A DNA stretch of 10,359 bases from IMG/VR virus record IMGVR_UViG_3300000357_000164; one strand, written 5' to 3'. The position numbers were made by a program, and so were the translations under genes. Position 1 is the stretch's first letter, and each line of letters starts with the position of its first letter. Positions 7,051 through 10,359 of the stretch are shown here, piece by piece. A model generated the notes under the pieces. That model was not told where the DNA came from. It searched no databases and saw only the letters and a list, made by a program, of their open reading frames with translations. This stretch comes from a virus. Taxonomy: Duplodnaviria; Heunggongvirae; Uroviricota; Caudoviricetes.

Positions 7051-7404
7051 CTACCCCAGATGAGTAATCCGAAGTTCATCCATACCACAGGTACTGGCTA
7101 TTCTGTTGTACTCCTGAACAAGAGCAAATAATTCTGAATTAGCAACCATGAACTCATCGCAAACCCTCTGTATAGCATCACTATTCAGAATAATAACGTC
7201 TCTTCCCGAAAGACGATCAGGAGTACAGAACAAAACTGTCAAACGGCTGAAGGCCTTTGCTCGTCCTGCATTGACTATATCAATACGCTGCCTAAGGATG
7301 AAACACCCCGACGCCTCATCAATATTCACTCTACCCACACCATATGAATGATAAATATTTAATGCTGAAAAAACCATTAGACCGTATAACAAACACTCAA
7401 TCAA
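7051..7404 (-). CDS. hypothetical ORF (117 aa) in cargo island; possibly a gene remnant
   Basis: The track ORF starts at TTG 7404; the first in-frame ATG is at 7377. No convincing SD for either start. Translation ...GRVNIDEASGCFILRQRIDIVNAGRAKAFSRLTVLFCTPDRLSGRDVIILNSDAIQRVCDEFMVANSELFALVQEYNRIASTCG... matches nothing I recognise. Confidence 0.3.
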   Translation of the reverse strand: MIECLLYGLMVFSALNIYHSYGVGRVNIDEASGCFILRQRIDIVNAGRAKAFSRLTVLFCTPDRLSGRDVIILNSDAIQRVCDEFMVANSELFALVQEYNRIASTCGMDELRITHLG

Positions 7405-7517
7405 TACTTAACAGAACTTTTATTTTTGACAAACATAAAATATTTTCAACAATATCCTGAGCCAGGTATATTTCAGTATAAGGCTCTGCCGGAAGGAATC
7501 TGGAAGAATGAATATAG

Positions 7518-7591
7518 CGCGCTGTACTGGATTCGAACCAGTGACCGATTGCTTAGAAGGCAATTGCTCTGTCCGGCTGAGCTAACAACGC
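7518..7591 (-). tRNA. tRNA-Arg (anticodon UCU), phage-borne; 3' CCA not encoded
   Basis: Minus-strand sequence GCGTTGTTAGCTCAGCCGGACAGAGCAATTGCCTTCTAAGCAATCGGTCACTGGTTCGAATCCAGTACAGCGCG folds as a cloverleaf: 7-bp acceptor stem with one G-U, D arm GCTC/GAGC, anticodon loop CTTCTAA, T arm with GGTTCGAATCC. It resembles E. coli argU-type tRNA. The discriminator is followed by CTA rather than CCA. Confidence 0.85.
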
Positions 7592-7691
7592 TGAATACCG
7601 ATAATGGACCGCCATCGGGGACCCGCCCCCGCACCAACAACCCTGTTATCGTGTCGTCTGCTCTTCCTGATAAGCTAATGGCGGTTTGTGA

Positions 7692-7767
7692 TGGTGGCCC
7701 TTGCTGGATTTGAACCAGCGACCTGGCGATTATGAGTCGCTCGCTCTCACCACTGAGCTAAAGGGCC
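7692..7767 (-). tRNA. tRNA-Ile2-like (anticodon CAU, ileX/ileZ-type; could formally be Met)
   Basis: Minus-strand sequence GGCCCTTTAGCTCAGTGGTGAGAGCGAGCGACTCATAATCGCCAGGTCGCTGGTTCAAATCCAGCAAGGGCCACCA (76 nt, CCA encoded) is near-identical in architecture to E. coli ileX tRNA as recalled. Anticodon loop CTCATAA. Confidence 0.88.
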
Positions 7768-7883
7768 GGGAGCAGAATAATAACNNNNNNNNNNNNNNNN
7801 NNNNNNNNNNNNNNNNNNNNNNNNNNNNNNNNNNNNNNNNNNNNNNNNNNNNNNNNNNNNNNNNNNNNNNNNNATTAATTCCG

Positions 7884-7909
7884 CAATAAAAAACCCGCTC
7901 GGCGGCGGG
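7884..7909 (-). terminator. tR'-like intrinsic terminator downstream of late promoter
   Basis: Minus-strand hairpin CCCGC-CGCCGA-GCGGG (7894-7909) followed by TTTTTTAT (complement of 7886-7893). It lies about 45-65 nt downstream of the pR'-like promoter, as for lambdoid pR'/tR' units. Confidence 0.7.
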
Positions 7910-7958
7910 TTGTAGAAACTCTTCTAACGTCAGGCATAAAAAGCCCATTGTTATGACG

Positions 7959-7986
7959 AATTTACCACAGATTCCGGAAAAATCAA
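7959..7986 (-). promoter_or_regulatory. pR'-like late promoter (putative Q-utilisation region)
   Basis: On the minus strand: -35 TTGATT (7981-7986), 16-nt spacer, -10 TAAATT (7959-7964). The -10 hexamer is the same as lambda pR' as recalled. Located immediately after the Q stop codon (7992-7994) and upstream of the tR'-like hairpin. Confidence 0.55.
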
Positions 7987-7991
7987 CCTTG

Positions 7992-8971
7992 TTACCTAGT
8001 TACCTTTTTTAACTGCCGCTCAGCCCATGCTTCTTCAATATCAAACCGGGTCACCAGCGCATCATAGAATTTCTTAACTGTTTTTTCCCATGACGCGCGT
8101 GTTATCTGGTTTGTCACCTCGCATATAGCATTAAATGCCTCCGTTGATGGTAGTCTTTCATAGCCACGACCACCACAACGCTGGCAGTCTCTGATAACAG
8201 GCATACCACGTTTTACCGACTCTTCACGATGAATGGCGACACCACGCCCACGGCAATCCTTACAGGCGGTGGAAACCTCACCCTTTCCGCCACACTCNNN
8301 NNNNNNNNNNNNNNNNNNNNNNNNNNNNNNNNNNNNNNNNNNNNNNNNNNNNNNNNNNNNNNNNNNNNNNNNNNNNNNNNNNNNNNNNNNNNNNNNNNNN
8401 NNNNNNNNNNNNNNNNNNNNNNNNNNNAAGACGAATACACACCTTTCGTACACTTTGCCCATACCGGCGGCTTACCATCCGGATACTGGACCTTGTTTGT
8501 AAAAACTACGCTTTCAATAAATTTTTCCCCATAGCAACAAGGGCACTGCTTTTTACTCGCTGCGCTGCGGGCATAATCCTCAAAAGCGTACGAAGCCATA
8601 ATGCGCATCACTACCGGTTTTATTTCTGCCGGAAGTTTTCTCAACGCCGCCACANNNNNNNNNNNNNNNNNNNNNNNNNNNNNNNNNNNNNNNNNNNNNN
8701 NNNNNNNNNNNNNNNNNNNNNNNNNNNNNNNNNNNNNNNNNNNNNNNNNNNNNNNNNNNNNNNNNNNNNNNGTTGCCCGCGCCCTGTCATTCATACTGAT
8801 GCCCATTTTCCCCAGGAACGCAGAAAAACCCATCTCAGCCCGATTCTGTGTCATGCCCTGCGCGGCCATCACATCAGTGATACTCAGCGCATCTTTTGAC
8901 GTTGAGGCCGATGCATCGGTCAGGCCAGGGGATTTTGGGGAGTAGTATTTCGGTAAATCTTCCAGTTTCAT
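7992..8971 (-). CDS. Q: late-gene antiterminator Q (lambda Q family), interrupted by two masked blocks with an apparent frame change
   Basis: N-terminus MKLEDLPKYYSPKSPGLTDASASTSKDALSITDVMAAQGMTQNRAEMGFSAFLGK parallels lambda Q (MRLESVAKFHSPKSPMMSDSPRATASDSLSGTDVMAAMGMAQSQ...). Mid-region MASYAFEDYARSAASKKQ matches LATFAYADYCRSAATPGA. The C-terminal part in a different frame (7992..8297: CKDCRGRGVAI...DCQRCGGRGYERLPS...WEKTVKKFYDALV...KKVTR) matches the lambda Q zinc-finger and C-terminus. ATG at 8971 with an AGG-containing SD. Confidence 0.8.
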
Positions 8972-8985
8972 TTTTTGACCTGCTC

Positions 8986-9348
8986 TTAATGCATTATGGG
9001 GTAAATCTTCACCCCCAGACGTCCACCAGATACTGGCTGACCACGAACGATATTGATTTCATCAAACTGCTCATCGTCCATTAACACTCCCGCATGCGTC
9101 AGCGCATCCAGCGGTGCTTTCAGGATATTGTCCAGGTCGCGACGACGCTTATCCGGTGGCTCTGCAATCACCTTTATCGCCAGCCTTCCGGACAGGTTTA
9201 ATTTCAGCCGCTGCTGGCGAACAATTAGCGCCACATCACGGCGATAACGCTTTCCGGCCTCCGAGATGAAATACGTATTGCCATGACGTCGCCAGTAGGT
9301 ATTCACCGTCGGCGGGTAAGGCAAAACAAATTCTATGCGTTCAGTCAT
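8986..9348 (-). CDS. rusA: RusA-family Holliday junction resolvase (crossover junction endodeoxyribonuclease)
   Basis: 120-aa ORF with RusA hallmarks (LPYPPTVNTYWRRHG..., PDKRRRDLDNILKAPLDALTHAGVLMDDEQ, GGRLGVKI) matching E. coli RusA as recalled. ATG 9348 directly abuts the stop (TGA 9349-9351) of the upstream gene. Confidence 0.9.
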   Translation of the reverse strand: MTERIEFVLPYPPTVNTYWRRHGNTYFISEAGKRYRRDVALIVRQQRLKLNLSGRLAIKVIAEPPDKRRRDLDNILKAPLDALTHAGVLMDDEQFDEINIVRGQPVSGGRLGVKIYPIMH

Positions 9349-9618
9349 TCATGCTTTCCACTTCAGGACACCCGAATTTCTCGCGTGCATTAAAAAACGA
9401 ATCAGCAACAACAGCTGGCTGCCGTGTTTTTCTTCAAAATCTTTTACCCCGGCGTGCAGTTCGTTATGACATTTACGGCACAGCGGAATAACAAACAAAT
9501 CATCAGCCTTTGTTCCCATACCTCCCAGGCCATGATCAATGATGTGATGCGGATCATCTGCCTGATTACCGCACGTCATGCATTTCTGCGTTTTTACCCA
9601 GCGCGTGTATACAGGCAT
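9349..9618 (-). CDS. YbcO-like Cys/His-rich putative zinc-binding protein of lambdoid nin regions
   Basis: 89-aa ORF MPVYTRWVKTQKCMTCGNQADDPHHIIDHGLGGMGTKADDLFVIPLCRKCHNELHAGVKDFEEKHGSQ... with CxxC...HH...CxxCH motifs. It sits immediately upstream of rusA, as ybcO does in E. coli lambdoid prophages. ATG at 9618 with a purine-rich SD (GGGAAGAG). Confidence 0.6.
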   Translation of the reverse strand: MPVYTRWVKTQKCMTCGNQADDPHHIIDHGLGGMGTKADDLFVIPLCRKCHNELHAGVKDFEEKHGSQLLLLIRFLMHARNSGVLKWKA

Positions 9619-9686
9619 CTCTTCCCGTTGTGGTTTCTGGCGCTGGAGATACTGAGCCGGAGACTCCGGATCAACGGCGATGCTTA

Positions 9687-10352
9687 CTAACGTCTTTTCC
9701 TGGAGTGGGGGCTGTTGCTGGTGGACGTGNNNNNNNNNNNNNNNNNNNNNNNNNNNNNNNNNNNNNNNNNNNNNNNNNNNNNNNNNNNNNNNNNNNNNNN
9801 NNNNNNNNNNNNNNNNNNNNNNNNNNNNNNNNNNNNNNNNNTCAGTATGCTGGTGGCAGTCTGTTCTCCCGGTACGATGTCACTCTCACGGTATACGGAG
9901 CGGATTTTTTCCACCGGTAATCCCAGTGAACGACACAATACAGACTCCGGAAGCGCATCAGCCACCTGATTGCAGACCGCCCACCAGGATAATTCGGCCA
10001 GCGATAACTCCCTCTCCTGCGTACCGCTGATTGCGTGACGGATGNNNNNNNNNNNNNNNNNNNNNNNNNNNNNNNNNNNNNNNNNNNNNNNNNNNNNNNN
10101 NNNNNNNNNNNNNNNNNNNNNNNNNNNNNNNNNNNNTGCTGACAAGTTTTGGTGAGCAAGTTGCTCAAGTGATTCTGAGGTCTGGTCACACAACTGGTTG
10201 TCGCAGTGCCAGCACAACACCATTGCGCCGGTACCATAACGGTGAATGACGGTTTCACTGTGGTGATAATCACCGTGTGGCCACTGGCAGGATTTAATAT
10301 GGCGCAACAGCCAGTCAGACAGTGCACCAGCGCCGCCAGCAGCACGAATCAC
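9687..10352 (-). CDS. nin-region ORF(s), partial and interrupted by two masked blocks; may be two genes
   Basis: Open minus-strand frame with Cys/His-rich segment HIKSCQWPHGDYHHSETVIHRYGTGAMVLCWHCDNQLCDQ, a middle segment ...ELSLAELSWWAVCNQVADALPESVLCRSLGLPVEK..., and a basic C-terminus TSTSNSPHSRKRR (NinE-like tail). N blocks 9730-9841 and 10045-10136 hide the junctions. The other frames have shadow-like composition. The frame is still open at the window edge, so the start may lie beyond it. Confidence 0.35.
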   Translation of the reverse strand: MIRAAGGAGALSDWLLRHIKSCQWPHGDYHHSETVIHRYGTGAMVLCWHCDNQLCDQTSESLEQLAHQNLSAXXXXXXXXXXXXXXXXXXXXXXXXXXXXXXXIRHAISGTQERELSLAELSWWAVCNQVADALPESVLCRSLGLPVEKIRSVYRESDIVPGEQTATSILXXXXXXXXXXXXXXXXXXXXXXXXXXXXXXXXXXXXXXTSTSNSPHSRKRR

Positions 10353-10359
10353 ACGCTCA

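Noticed and set aside
7148-7351. Plus-strand ORF (67 aa) inside the 117-aa minus-strand cargo ORF
   Set aside because: Basic, Ser/Arg-rich, no SD. The two overlapping ORFs cannot both be confidently real; I kept the longer minus-strand one at low confidence.
5850-7517. Shiga toxin genes stxA/stxB at the canonical position between the tRNAs and nanS-p
   Set aside because: I compared the region against the recalled stx2A coding sequence and saw no resemblance in either strand. The island is too AT-rich and lacks any ORF of the A-subunit size. Masked blocks of 91 and 133 nt are too short to hide stx.
7405-7517. A third tRNA immediately downstream of tRNA-Arg
   Set aside because: No T-arm (GTTCGAATC-like) or D-arm consensus and no acceptor-stem pairing when read on the minus strand. 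If a third tRNA exists it is inside the masked block 7785-7873.
8213-8297. C-terminal tail of track ORF 8213..8971 after the masked block (SVAERVRFPPPVRIAVGVVSPFIVKSR)
   Set aside because: The lambda-Q-like C-terminus is encoded in the other frame (7992..8297), so this tail is an out-of-frame read-through artefact of treating N as sense codons.
9842-10345. Alternative minus-strand ORF 9842..10345 and plus-strand ORFs 9630..9920, 9680..10030 and 10031..10249
   Set aside because: Their translations are Cys/Trp/Arg-rich and low in Lys/Glu/Asp, typical of non-coding frames overlapping a real gene. The 9687..10352 frame carries the protein-like motifs.
1-10359. CRISPR arrays, IS elements, integrase or attachment-site repeats
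   Set aside because: No regularly spaced direct repeats, no terminal inverted repeats flanking a transposase-like ORF, and no integrase-like ORF. The window is internal to the prophage late region.

Overview
This window reads as the minus-strand late-gene region of a lambdoid prophage with Stx-phage-like layout, but with no stx genes visible. From high to low coordinates: partial nin-region ORF(s), a ybcO-like gene, rusA, a lambda-family Q antiterminator, a pR'-like promoter and tR' terminator, tRNA-Ile(CAU) and tRNA-Arg(UCU), an AT-rich cargo island where stxAB sit in Stx phages, a nanS-p-type sialate O-acetylesterase, two small ORFs, an S21-type pinholin with dual start, an unrecognised ~322-aa ORF wedged between holin and endolysin, a SAR endolysin, two small membrane-peptide ORFs, and Rz with embedded Rz1. 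Twelve runs of N (about 89-200 nt each) interrupt the window, and several ORFs change frame across them, so gene boundaries near those blocks are uncertain. The most interesting candidates are the unknown gene inside the lysis cassette, the paired small membrane ORFs between R and Rz, and the cargo island with its own promoter-like plus-strand gene. All calls rest on reading the sequence and recalled protein families; no database search was run.
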